Shown: positions 9,127-19,788 of the stretch, piece by piece
How the letters are laid out: every line of letters begins with the position of its first letter
Numbering within the stretch: position 1 is the stretch's first letter
Source of the DNA: Catajapyx aquilonaris
Taxonomy: Eukaryota
NCBI GenBank assembly: GCA_000934665.2
Contig: JYFJ02001931.1
Location: 46,371-66,370, forward strand
Length of the DNA: 20,000 nucleotides
Reading direction: 5' to 3'
Program-made: the position numbers and the translations under genes
The notes under the pieces: model-generated
Database searches by the model: none
Told to the model about the DNA's origin: nothing
Seen by the model: the letters and a program-made list of their open reading frames with translations, nothing else

Positions 9127-10202
9127 TATATTATAATTGTATACTGTATACACAGTATACTGTATATTATAGCCTACTGAATCAACCCGTTCATTGTCAT
9201 TCCAAATATTCCAACATGTAGCCTGATTTGAAGTAAATAAATGTCTAAATATGATCCCCTTTCTGTAGAAAATTCGATAATAGGGGCTAACTGTAGGAAT
9301 TCATTTTTTTAAGGACATGACTGTACGTATACTGCGTACTCGCGTTGTCTGTGGAAAAATATTAATAGCGCTGGCTATGATTTTGTGAGGAAATCTTATA
9401 CATTCCTGTTATTATGAGATATGGAGAATCACAGTGGCATGACAAAGCATTTCTAAGAATTTGGTAGCCTAATTCAGAGGGCGTGTACATTATAATGAAA
9501 TGACGAGAGACCCCTCCTACTTATTCGTTCTAAGAAATACCCCCCATACAGTATAACAGGAATCGATTGATCGTCAACCTTGGATCAGGTGAACATGCCG
9601 ATAGTCCTCCGAATTACGAGCTACAAGCGCTGAATGGCGAGAACTGTGGATATTCCATTGACATCACATGCTGTATAATAATAAAGACAGCATATGATGT
9701 AATAGAAATAGATTTGACAGCTGAGAATGTACAGCGCTGGACAAAACTGTCTTGTGTCCCAGAAAACAGCGCTCCCAGTCAGGACAAGGTGGAAGCATAT
9801 TTGAACGACCTCTTGGGCACTTCTTGCGGGGGGTACACAAGGTTATTGTTTCCAATAGTGTACTTGACCATTATTCTGCTAAAGCGCACGCTATTGCAGT
9901 AACCTATGATCTTTTTTTAGACGGTTACTCTATAGAGATGTGTCCCAAGTGGCATTGCGCATTTCATTAGAAGTCCCATGCATCCTCGTTCACACCCCTC
10001 GAGACGGTTACATCAATGCCATTGCTACGAAGCTTGTCCTTACTGATTCTTGTAACACGCAATAATAACACGTGATGGGAGTGATAACAAGAAACCGGTT
10101 TCCCCTCTGCCTTTCATTCCGATTATTAGAAAGAAGTGTGTCTTGCTCACGTAACATGCCACAATAAAATCGCACTCTATCAGAGAGTGATCGGAGACAA
10201 GT

Positions 10203-10465
10203 ATGCCTGCCATCATGCAGAGCAGACGTCCCGAGAATATCGCCATAAGGGACAAGATATCGGTGATAAAACCAAGTTGGCCGCAGTATTCGTGGGAGAA
10301 AGAATTGGCGGCTTCTGTTTGGGAGAATCACCCCAAATATGCCAAGCAGGAACCAACCCAGATCGAGAGATCGGGGCCAGTAGGGGCTGTCAAGGATTAC
10401 TGCGAAAATTCTACCCTTCATGGAGTTAAGTACATCGCTGCTGATGACGTCTTCCTTTTCGAGAG
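10203..10465 (+). CDS. ppk: ppk B exon 1 (N-terminus, HG motif)
   Basis: MPAIMQ...DYCENSTLHGVKYIAADDVFLFE AG|gtaaga. Confidence 0.88.
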
Positions 10466-13400
10466 GTAAGAATTCTATTGTTCACGTGGATTAAAATGAG
10501 ACATGTACAATGGGGCTAAAATTGTTTTGGCCACTTTATCCTGGTCTTGAAGCAACCCTTCGCACAGGCCCCACGGTGAGCAAGTGTGTCTGTGTGAAGG
10601 GTTGCTTCAAGACCAGGATAAAGTGGCCAAAACAATTTGAGCCCCATAGTACGTACAATGTTACTTTATAATCTGACATAGTTATAAACCAAATACCGTA
10701 CTCCAAAATCAAGATAATTATTTTTACCTACCAAACAGGGAAAATTAAAATACTGTGATAGAAATATTCGACATTACTGGTATCATTACTCACTGTAAAT
10801 GAAATCATAATAGTTCCGTATATACGTGATTCCGTAACTATTGTAGGGTCAGATATTAAAGATTCAAAATAAAAGATGTTTGCGCCACTAATATTATACG
10901 AACGTAGGGGTCTGGTCCTTTCTGCCTCAAGGCATGAATCATCAGTTTTACATCATACATCTGGTCAAATCGCTTTTGACACATAAGTTAATATAGCCTA
11001 CGTTACATTACTTTGTTTAAATTTATGAGAGGATAGGACTATTGCATGTATTTCACTAACAGTAAGATCAATACATCTGTAATTCTATATTGTGATGGTC
11101 AAAATCACGATAACAATAGGACTTTTTGAAATGTTGGTCCGGAAGGGTTTTAATATTTCTTCCCCAAGTGGGAGACAAGTTGATTGGTGCCTGATACACG
11201 CTAGTATTCTTGATTAGCATACTAGATCCTTTATGCAAAGATAGTTTGCTGGATTACAATGATGTTTCTCGTGTGTTACCGTTTGGTACAACAAGTAATG
11301 TAAGGATGTTATCATGGCCTCGTAATCTTTCCATTCAGTATCATACATAGTTTGGACAAAGACGCTTAAATTTTTGGACCCTTATCCAAGCCGATCCAAG
11401 TCCTAATATTAAAAGGTTGTCAATAGAAGATCCGTGCGTGACCAAAAGGTTTGAAGTTGAGCTTCCAGTTATATTTTGTTGTTGTTGAAGATTTTATACA
11501 CAGCATATGGCAGTCAGTTATATTTTAAAGTGTGCGTTAATATTTTAATTACCCTGAAAGATATTTAAATTACTCAGGGCAGACTGAGGGTCGGTTGCAT
11601 GAACATGAGTTATGGTTAAACCTGGAGTTAGCACTTTTTCATCTGCCAAAACGATGCGGGTGGTAGTGGTGCATATGGAAGAGGCATGGCATGGGTTCGA
11701 AAAACCGGCGACGATCCTTTTTGGAGACGTCGACCTTTGACACCGACGATGTCTATCCTAACATGGATGGATACCCCCTTGCATGGAGCCTGCATTGCTG
11801 ATTGCCGGTCAAGGCCGGTTGAGCAATTGTTTGAGAGTGCCAGCGCCTGCCTCGGCAACCATCAGTGCAGGAATGCACAGGGGTATTCACACTAGTCAGG
11901 ATGGACACGTCGATGTAAAAGTTCGTCGTTGACCTTTCGGTCACATGCCATGCTTCTCCCATATGCATCGCCTACTATCCGTATCATTTTGGAAGATTAA
12001 TTCATCAAGTACACTACAGCCTACATAATATTGGGAACGTTGATCGGGGCGCACAAGTCAAATACGCTCGTAACTTCTGATGTTTGCGTTAACTAAAATG
12101 ACCCAGATACTTGGAACACACTGTGTACGAGCTACAGAGTAACCCGCAACTAATGTTCATACAAGTGACCCTTAGTGATACGTTATTAGTTTAAGAAGCT
12201 GGGAAATATTTTCCAGCCTTATAGGAAGTAATTTGAAGAAATCTATCACATTACCGGTACCTGGAGCTTCTTAGTAAATGCGACCTGGACTTTTCCGAGG
12301 TCGTCTAAGACTCTAAGTGACTTTCGAGATTACGATTGCGTCAAATTATGTACAGTATACACTGGCATTTTTGCCGGGAGTTTACCTCTGATCAACTTTT
12401 ACCAAGCTGTTCCTATTGCTATTGATCCTTTCTTGATACTATCAGTTATACTCCCTTTTAAAATACTCCCTCCGAAGAAAACATTACTTCCAAGTTAAAA
12501 CTGCGTGTTCATAAAGAATTTATCAAAGGATTTGAAATGCATATCCCACCTAAAACAACTCGACTTTGTTGGATCCATTGTCCGATTCTTTTGGGAAGAA
12601 CAGACCTAGCCTGAGCGATACCCATTTTTTTTACAAGCCACCCTCTGATCAGTAAGGTGTCCATATTTTCTATACTTACTCTACATTCACACGGCCAGGA
12701 TTTTGTGGTTCGGATGCTGTGTTGCGGCCTTAGTTGGAGCAGTTCTCTTCGTGCTTCCCGTGTTCAAGAGATACGTGGACTACAGGCTCATTACTTCTGT
12801 GGAGTCCACTAGCACTCCCATATGGGAAGTACCTTTCCCAGGGGTCACCATCTGTAACATCAATAGAGTCATGAAAAATCTGGCAGAAGAAAAAGCACCA
12901 AAGTAAACAAAAAATGCGACAGTTTCTGTCATTGTAGTATTGCATATATCATATTGTGTGACTAGCGTGACTAAACTATTTTGTATTTCAGTTGGACTAA
13001 GAAGCGATTTAATGCTAAGTCTAATAAGGAAGATTTTTACAGTGCACTTAAACTTCTGAGTGCGCTGGGACAAATGAAACTAAAAGCGAATGAAAGCGTT
13101 TCTAAGGGAGTGAAGAGTTTGATGAACTCGAGAGCACAAAACACAGATTACCTGATGCGAGAAGTAAGTAAACATGCCATAAGCTCTGCGCCTGCTAACA
13201 CAACCGAAAAAAAACGTACGGTAACATGAGGTAATTCCAACAAGGGAAAATGGTAGCGTTTGTTCTAGTTTAAGAACCCAATTTTTTCACCATTAATTAC
13301 CAAGTTCAGGTGTTGAATTACCTATCTGAAGTCAATGACACACTACATAATTATACTAATCATTCCCTATGATGTTTCATGCTGTTGGAATTGCCCCATA

Positions 13401-16400
13401 TGGGGTAGTAATTAGTGCCTTGCTCATATCCTGCTCTCTATAGGCAACTATATACGGCTACGTGACGGGTTGTTTTGCTGCTGACAGCTATAATGTGGGT
13501 TGTTTCGTGTGTATACTCTATAGCAGAAGGCACACGTTCACTGTCACGTGGGTCGGTTGGTGCCTCGACATTATTTTCTCATCCACATTGTAGACTTCCT
13601 TTGGGCAAACGATTCACTGACCTACTAAAAATGTCTCACTAGCAAGAAACACCCTGTCTATTAAAGGTCCATTATCTGGGTAACTATAGGATGCAGAGAC
13701 AACATGACTCTATGTATAGAGTGATCCATTTGTTCTCAAAATTCACCCTGTAAAGGATGTCCTGCATGATCGACTTTGCAGCGGCCGATAAAAAGTTTTG
13801 GAAATTCTTCTTATAACAATATTGGATGAAACTGAAATATTAAACTGAGTTTAAAAAAATATATATGTTCTTTGAGTAGTGAAAATCTAGGTTCGAAAGT
13901 TTAGATTGTGCAACTTTTTCGCATTTCAAATGACCATAATTATAAACCTGCAAATTCTGGAGGGTTCCTAGAGACTGATGTTGCCATTTCAAATTAGAAA
14001 AATTTCAATTTCTCAACATGAGATCCCAGGTTTTAACTACTCAAAGAACACACACGTATTTAAAAACTGAGTTTCACTTTTTAATATATAATAACTTACA
14101 GTATTATTATAGGAACAACTTCTATTAAAAATTATCGTGGGCCACTGCAAAATCGGACTTTGTCGGCATTATTTAGGGCCACCATACACTCCTAAAACAT
14201 AGTAGTCATAATATTATACGACCCAAAAGTGGTCGAATTTGACAACGTCATTGGGTTTTATTTGCTCGGACCAAACGTTGGATCAAAATGACCAACAAGG
14301 GTGGGTCTACATACATAATAATTTTGTAGACCTGCACCGCATGTTGATTCAAAATATTAATGATACTATTTCTAACTCTCAAGTATAGTGACTGAAATTA
14401 ATATGCTGCTGCGCTTCATTTCAAGGTGATTCAGCCCGTGGAAAGAATGGCACTCAAATGCATTTGGCTAGGTGAGACGATGAACTGCAGTGAATTGTTT
14501 GACATTAGACGTACGGATGAAGGGTTCTGCTGGGGATTCAACACTAAACCCATGCGGACACCGACCACAACAGAAGTGTAAGCATAATTTGAAGATTATT
14601 TTGTGCTAATTTATAGCATATGCCTGACGATTATCAGGTTGTGACCTTCTCTTGAAGTTACAAAGTTATGATATCAATATAAAACCACTCTCACCTAAAC
14701 CCCTACCCACTTACCTATACTGACGGCTTATTTTAATTAGCCTACCTTAGCTTTACTTAAGCCTTCTTACTTAAATTTTAAATCAGTCAGATGACAAGTC
14801 GGTCACAAACATGCTGCGTTGTTACATACGTCTGCTTTTGTTTATCAAAAACATGCCAAGTCGAGCTAATAAAGCAAAGCAAGGATGGCCTACATGTATA
14901 CCGATTCAAACTATGAAACATCATTTTAGTGATGTCATGTAAGCGAGGTATTGCATAAAACAGGACTTTAAAAATGTTCCTTTTATTCTGATAACACAGC
15001 GACGACTGGAGTTCAGCATATGTCGACACCAGCAATTCATCTAGTGACTACGTTGAAGAACCTGATGCAACACAAGAGGATGTCTCGATGGACCAAAATC
15101 TGACCAGCAAAATCAGAAGAGTCAACGGAGCTGGACCAATGATGGGACTCACCATCATGTTAAACCCCGATTCCCAGCAGTACTTCAATCCTCCAATGTC
15201 AGTCACTGGTTTCAAGGTAGAACATATTCAGTGTAAACTTACATCGAATAATTCTTTGGTACAGATCTATAGTGAAGCAGTGTTTTCCTAGAAATAAGTT
15301 TGTCAAAGGCATTGCAAGTGCACAAAATAATGTGACGCCTGTGCTGATGCACCTTATTACTTATAGCGGCAGAGTAGTAATCATACTGACGCGAATAATT
15401 CATAACAAAGAGTTAATAATGGATGTAGATTACACCGTGGGGGAGACATTCGGGAAGTACTTAAAAAGTCACGTAACAGCGATGTTTCAGCTGACGTAAA
15501 GAGTCGGATAGATTCACAGTGCGACGGACCTTTACATTCCACCAGTCAACTCCAACTATGCAGTCGGAACGGCGAAATCTGAGGGAAAACTATTCTAGCA
15601 ACCTTGCCAAACAGTCAAAAGTTTCAGAATCTCTTTGAAGGCTTTCTTTCAGCATTTATCTGCTGATTTTTTTTAAATTCGCGTATGACATTGACGCGAT
15701 TTTATTTAAAAGCCACTCATGAAATCTTAATAATGCTGAGGCTGACGTGGATTTTGTTTCAGGTAGTTGTGCATCATCCTTCAGATTTTCCCAGCATGTC
15801 AACCAAGTCGTTCCTGGTGTCGGCGGGTCGCGAGGTATTTGCTGCCGTGACCCCAACGTCTACATACAGCACTGATCAAGTCAAGGAGATTCCAAAAACT
15901 AAGCGTGACTGTTACCTAGAATTCGACAAGAGGCTCAAATACTACACGGCCTACAGCTATGGAAACTGCCTGCTGGAGTGCCAGATTGCGTCAATGAGGA
16001 GGAATTGCCATTGTGTGCCGTATCTCTTCGCACTCCTAAGTATGTATTAATCAAACGAAGCAAACTACACACCATCCATGACATTTCCCTATAACAGGAG
16101 TTAGCAGTGTAGGACACCAAGTCACTCACAGTAACAAAAACAGGCTTAAAAATTAAATCCATTAATAGGCTACATTCAATGAAATATAACCCATTAAAAT
16201 ATCAAATCTACAAAATAAAACGATTACTTTCCTGTTACGCGCTAGATATATTCCATTATACCTGCCTCATGTAAAAACACCCTGATCAATGTAACTCTTA
16301 TCTGCATGACATTAACCCACTCTGGATATCCATCTTTCCTCAAGCTTTCAAAAGCTTACCATAACTTTTTCTGGCAATTTCAGCAGATTAATTCCATGAC

Positions 16401-18172
16401 AATAAATTATTATTACAACCACACACTCCTTACCCTTATTTATGGAATAATAGCATCTCTTAAATCTTAAATACAACACCACCCTCAAAGGTAACTACAC
16501 AAATTCGCCAAAAATTTAACACATTCCCATCACCACATCTCACCACCTCAGAAGAAATAATGGCATCAATCTCAGGGGATTTACCTTAAATCAGGAGTCA
16601 AAAACACAGGGCCTTATGGAAGCATGCCGGGACATGCCTTTATAACCAAAAGTATGTTATGGCCGAGGCTGTTATATCCGAATTCAACTGTAATAAGTAC
16701 AATGCGTTCATCCTAGAGCACGGGGTAACCGAGGTAACATTTCGCTAACAATATGTTGAGTTGGTAAACAAGTCTTGACAGAAAAAATCGGGGGGGGGGG
16801 GATTCAGAACTTCAATCCTGCAGCAGGTGGAACTGTGAGGTTTTGAACATAGATTCACACCAGAGTTATTGATTTAAAAAATAGAAACGTATTTTCTAGT
16901 GGGTTTTAAATTTTTTTGCGGCGTTTTGAAGAGGAATTCAGTTTAGCTTTAAATGGTATAGGAATGCACTTCACGACGGTGGGGATCTGTGTTAAAAATT
17001 TGGAAGCTCTACCTACAGCAAAACTTGACTTAGGGCGAATAAAAAAAACGTAACAAGAACAAGAACAAGATGCTGGAAAAATTAATTGTTGAAATGATAC
17101 GCTACGTACGGTCTTTTTATTAATAGTCAATACTGGTACAGGAACAATGAAATGACAATCATGTCCAAGATTACAATACATTAAACTACTCCTGTCAAAA
17201 AATAAACAAATAACACACATCTATACAATCATTAATGTTGCTCTTCTCCAGTCATGTGTGCGATGTATGCGATGTATTTTAGGGGCTACCGCCCCTAAAA
17301 TAGAAAGCTTGTGAGATATCAGAGCATCCTCGCAAAGCTCGTCAGCAATTATCCAGCATAACTTATCTGATTATAGTTATTCTCAGGAAAAATTCTACAT
17401 ACACAGCGACTCCTTAGGGTGCATTGACTGCAAGGGGTTCTCCAAAATGGCATAAAAAATATTAATTTCCACGTGATCTTTTGGCAGATACCACCAGGAT
17501 ATGCAACTACACAGGTGTGGATTGTATCAACTCAAACGCACGTAAGTGAACCGAATTTCAAAAGTTCCCAAACATAATGCAGCACTTAAGTGCCTTATTT
17601 TACGTACAGGTAGATTCGCATCTATTGAACCTAAGACGCCTGTAGTTGGGTTGAATCCCAAAGTCGACTCTATGAAAAACTGCAGATGCAAATCAAGTTG
17701 TGATGAAATTACCTATTTTACCGAAGTGACAACGGCGAAATATCCTAACAAACCTACTGATATTTCATTGCCGGACAATATCACTGATATTAATCGGTAC
17801 ATCATGACGAATTAATTTTTAGCAGTTCAGTACCATGACATTTTCTAAACTTTCAGAGACGAGTTGGTCCTACTGAGAATATTTTTCAAAGACATGTCCT
17901 TCATGCAGTATCGCAGAGATCTTTATTACAAATGGACAGATGTCATATGTGAGTATGAACGCTTTTATTGCACGTTGGATATTTATAATTAACCTTTAGT
18001 TTGTTCCGTAATAACGCACAAGGTAGTTAGATTAGAAGGACTCTCGGATTTGACAATATATTAACTCCTTTATGGAGATTGCACATGTATTATTTAGGAT
18101 TTTCTTTTTCTGAAGCATAGTGGAATATGGATTTTGTTTTGGAATTTTCTGTTACACTGGGTTGTTACGTCC

Positions 18173-18242
<70 letters not shown>

Positions 18243-18367
18243 CTATTTCAGCTGCATTTGGAGGAGTGGTCAATCTCTTTATTGGATTCAGTTTCATCAG
18301 TGTTGCAGAAATGATCTACTTTTTCCTGGCAAGGCCATTGTTTCGTCAATGTTTAAGACGTTCGTAA
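10203..18367 (+). CDS. ppk: Pickpocket/DEG-ENaC paralogue B, complete, 577 aa; exons 10203-10465, 12699-12902, 12992-13163, 14426-14577, 15000-15216, 15763-16039, 17488-17541, 17610-17796, 17857-17948, 18252-18367
   Basis: The ten exons sum to 1734 nt in one open frame. In-frame TGA at 10188-10190 precedes ATG 10203 (alternative ATG 10215). Pre-TM1 HG motif (YCENSTLHGVKYI), PFPGVTICN, thumb cysteines and GFS selectivity filter are present. Intron phases match paralogue A. Confidence 0.94.
10508..10649. mobile_element. Tc1-type hairpin MITE (142 bp) in ppk B intron 1
   Basis: TA-CAATGGGGCTAAAATTGTTTTGGCCAC... / ...GTGGCCAAAACAATTTGAGCCCCATAG-TA; ~60-bp arms with about 3 mismatches. Confidence 0.9.
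11588..12171. mobile_element. PIF/Harbinger-like non-autonomous element containing a GC-rich internal hairpin (~11641-11997)
   Basis: GGGTCGGTTGCATGAACAT / ATGTTCATACAAGTGACCC termini, flanked by TGA/TTA; inner arms ~11641-11816 and ~11845-11997 are diverged reverse complements. Confidence 0.65.
12699..12902 (+). CDS. ppk: ppk B exon 2
   Basis: ggccag|G ATT TTG TGG ... CCA AA|gtaaac. Confidence 0.9.
12992..13163 (+). CDS. ppk: ppk B exon 3
   Basis: tttcag|T TGG ACT ... CGA GAA|gtaagt. Confidence 0.9.
13219..13405. mobile_element. Degenerate pogo-like MITE
   Basis: ta-cggtaacatgaggtaattccaaca / tgttggaattgccccatatgggg-ta. Confidence 0.45.
13750..14175. mobile_element. Old palindromic MITE in ppk B intron 3
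   Basis: Inverted arms: tttgcagcggcc/ggccactgcaaa, tgttctttgagtagt/actactcaaagaaca. Confidence 0.7.
14426..14577 (+). CDS. ppk: ppk B exon 4 (not in ORF track)
   Basis: ttcaag|VIQPVERMALKCIWLGETMNCSELFDIRRTDEGFCWGFNTKPMRTPTTTE..|gtaagc. Confidence 0.92.
15000..15216 (+). CDS. ppk: ppk B exon 5
   Basis: acacag|C GAC GAC TGG ... GFK|gtagaa. Confidence 0.88.
15763..16039 (+). CDS. ppk: ppk B exon 6
   Basis: tttcag|VVVHHP...CVPYLFALL a|gtatgt. Confidence 0.93.
16065..16575 (-). pseudogene. Degenerate non-LTR retrotransposon (RTE-like) reverse-transcriptase fragment in ppk B intron 6
   Basis: Minus-strand motifs in order across stops and frameshifts: FEGGVV, AIIP, KGK, HGINLLKLPEKV, QSG, IDQ, FVDL, MDGV. 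Confidence 0.6.
17488..17541 (+). CDS. ppk: ppk B exon 7 (54 nt)
   Basis: ggcag|..TTRICNYTGVDCINSNA c|gtaagt. Confidence 0.88.
17610..17796 (+). CDS. ppk: ppk B exon 8
   Basis: gtacag|..RFASIEPK...NCRCKSSCDEITY...cg|gtacat. Confidence 0.9.
17857..17948 (+). CDS. ppk: ppk B exon 9
   Basis: tttcag|..DELVLLRIFFKDMSFMQYRRDLYYKWTDVI t|gtgagt. Confidence 0.92.
18174..18241. repeat. (TAA)~22 microsatellite
   Basis: Perfect run ending about 10 nt before the exon 10 start. Confidence 0.97.
18252..18367 (+). CDS. ppk: ppk B exon 10 (TM2, stop)
   Basis: tttcag|..AFGGVVNLFIGFSFISVAEMIYFFLARPLFRQCLRRS*. Confidence 0.92.
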
Positions 18368-18650
18368 ATAAGACTTGGTTAAGTTCGGTTTATTGGAATC
18401 CTCCAAAGAGACAAATGGTACTGGCATACAGAAAGGTGAGATGGGCAGTGATGTGTTTGGAATGTGAAATGAAAAACAGGAGAATCCTAAGAAAACTCCT
18501 GCAAACAAGGATGCGAGATAACCTTTCGAAACTACTTCTACAATGCTGTACATGAGAATATCCTCCGACCCGGGGATATAACGGGAGACTTCAGACTGAG
18601 GTAAAAGGCTGTGTATAGTGTATAGGCTATGTAGCCTACAGTATACTATA

Positions 18651-19172
18651 CTAGGAGGTCAAAAAGCTTTCTACCGAGGTATGAAGGACATATGTTTTAA
18701 CTTAGGAAATTTCATTTTTAATCAATGTAATCTTCCTTCATCTCATTGCACGTTTGCCATTTTGTCTGGAAGTGATCCGATCCCACTTGAAAAAAATAAA
18801 AATAAATGTTTGGTCTGCAATCCACTCGTCTACCGCCATTTTCACTTCATTATCAGCGCCAAAACGACGTCTCCGAAGCTTTTTTTAAAGGTGACAAAGT
18901 CACTCGGGGTCAGGTCTTGACTATATGGTGGATAATTCATCACCTGGAAGCCACAGTCTCTGATGGGATCTTGAACAACACGGGAGATGTGTACTGGGGC
19001 ATTGTCATGAAGCGGACACACACACTCTGGTGATCTTCATGCGTCGTTTTGAAGCAATGAGCATTAGCTTTAGTAGGCCTACGTAGACACTGCTGGTAAT
19101 TGTTGTCTGGGGGCATGTAGTCTACCAATTAAACACCTTCAGAATCCAAAAAAATGTGGCCATAATTTTGCG
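18651..19172 (-). pseudogene. mariner (DD34D) transposase remnant, 5'-truncated, with probable 3' TIR
   Basis: KIMATFFW/DSEGV*LVDYMP..LHDNAPVHISRVVQDPIRDCGFQVMNYPPYSQDLTPSDF (34 residues between the two catalytic D)..LRRRRFGADNEVKMAVDEW..GIGSLPD/KWQTCNEMKEDYID* (stop 18718-18720); several frameshifts. Confidence 0.92.
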
Positions 19173-19178
19173 AAAAAA

Positions 19179-19624
19179 TGTACTGTCGATCTGGTGGATG
19201 GTAAAATGGTTCTATAGGCGATCATTTTAAGTATACGTATTGTGGGTCTCCGAAGCGTAGTTACCGAGAAAATTATAATTAAATAAAAAGTGCATTATAC
19301 CGGCGTATATATTTCGGAAATAGCCTACTACACTTCCACCACAAGGCCGTTGCCTGCTACGCCAAATGGGATCCTATCTTAAATTGAAATTGCATGATAA
19401 TACCTACCTAAAATTTAAATGGAAAGGGTAAGGCCGCGACCCGCGTGGAGGGACAGTCATATGGTACCTGCCAGGATATATTTTTATACCTTGTGTTTGA
19501 CGCCCATGATATCGGTAACTATGCTTCGGAGACCCACGATAACGTATACTTAAAATAATCGCCTAGAACCCTCATACCATCCCTTAAAGCGATGGTACAC
19601 TGTACGTGAAATTTCCGTACCCTG
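19179..19624. mobile_element. mariner-type MITE with long sub-terminal inverted arms, left terminus lost
   Basis: 19179-19267 is the reverse complement of 19512-19599 (ttttaagtatacgt..gtgggtctccgaagc.tagttaccga); right end ACCCTG-TA. Confidence 0.8.
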
Positions 19625-19788
19625 TATAATTATGTTCGTGCTATCTCATTTCCCAACTCTGTTGCTTGGTCATGATTACTACGGTGAGGTGACAAAAGGC
19701 TCTTCGGAGCCATAAAGCATGCTCTCTATGAACCAGTCAACTACTAGCCTTCTTTCCCACCTCACCTCTCTGACCTGCTTCTGTAGTG

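Noticed and set aside
10008..10429. 137-aa antisense and 97-aa alternative-frame ORFs over ppk B exon 1
   Set aside because: Shadow ORFs of a real exon with no independent motifs
11125..11490. Possible decayed coding sequence (..GRQVDWCLIH..) in ppk B intron 1
   Set aside because: Several stops and only a vague resemblance to retroelement endonucleases; not supportable without a search
11628..11968. Overlapping ORFs on both strands with mutual similarity
   Set aside because: The similarity is a by-product of the palindrome; no recognisable protein motifs
12993..13010. TKKR as a furin activation site like ENaC
   Set aside because: It lacks the P4 Arg of R-X-K/R-R and is not conserved in paralogue A
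18127..18555. 142-aa poly-Asn ORF, or a frameshifted C-terminal extension of ppk B
   Set aside because: Poly-N comes from the TAA repeat and the frame is off relative to TM2; paralogue A stops at an equivalent position, so no extension is needed
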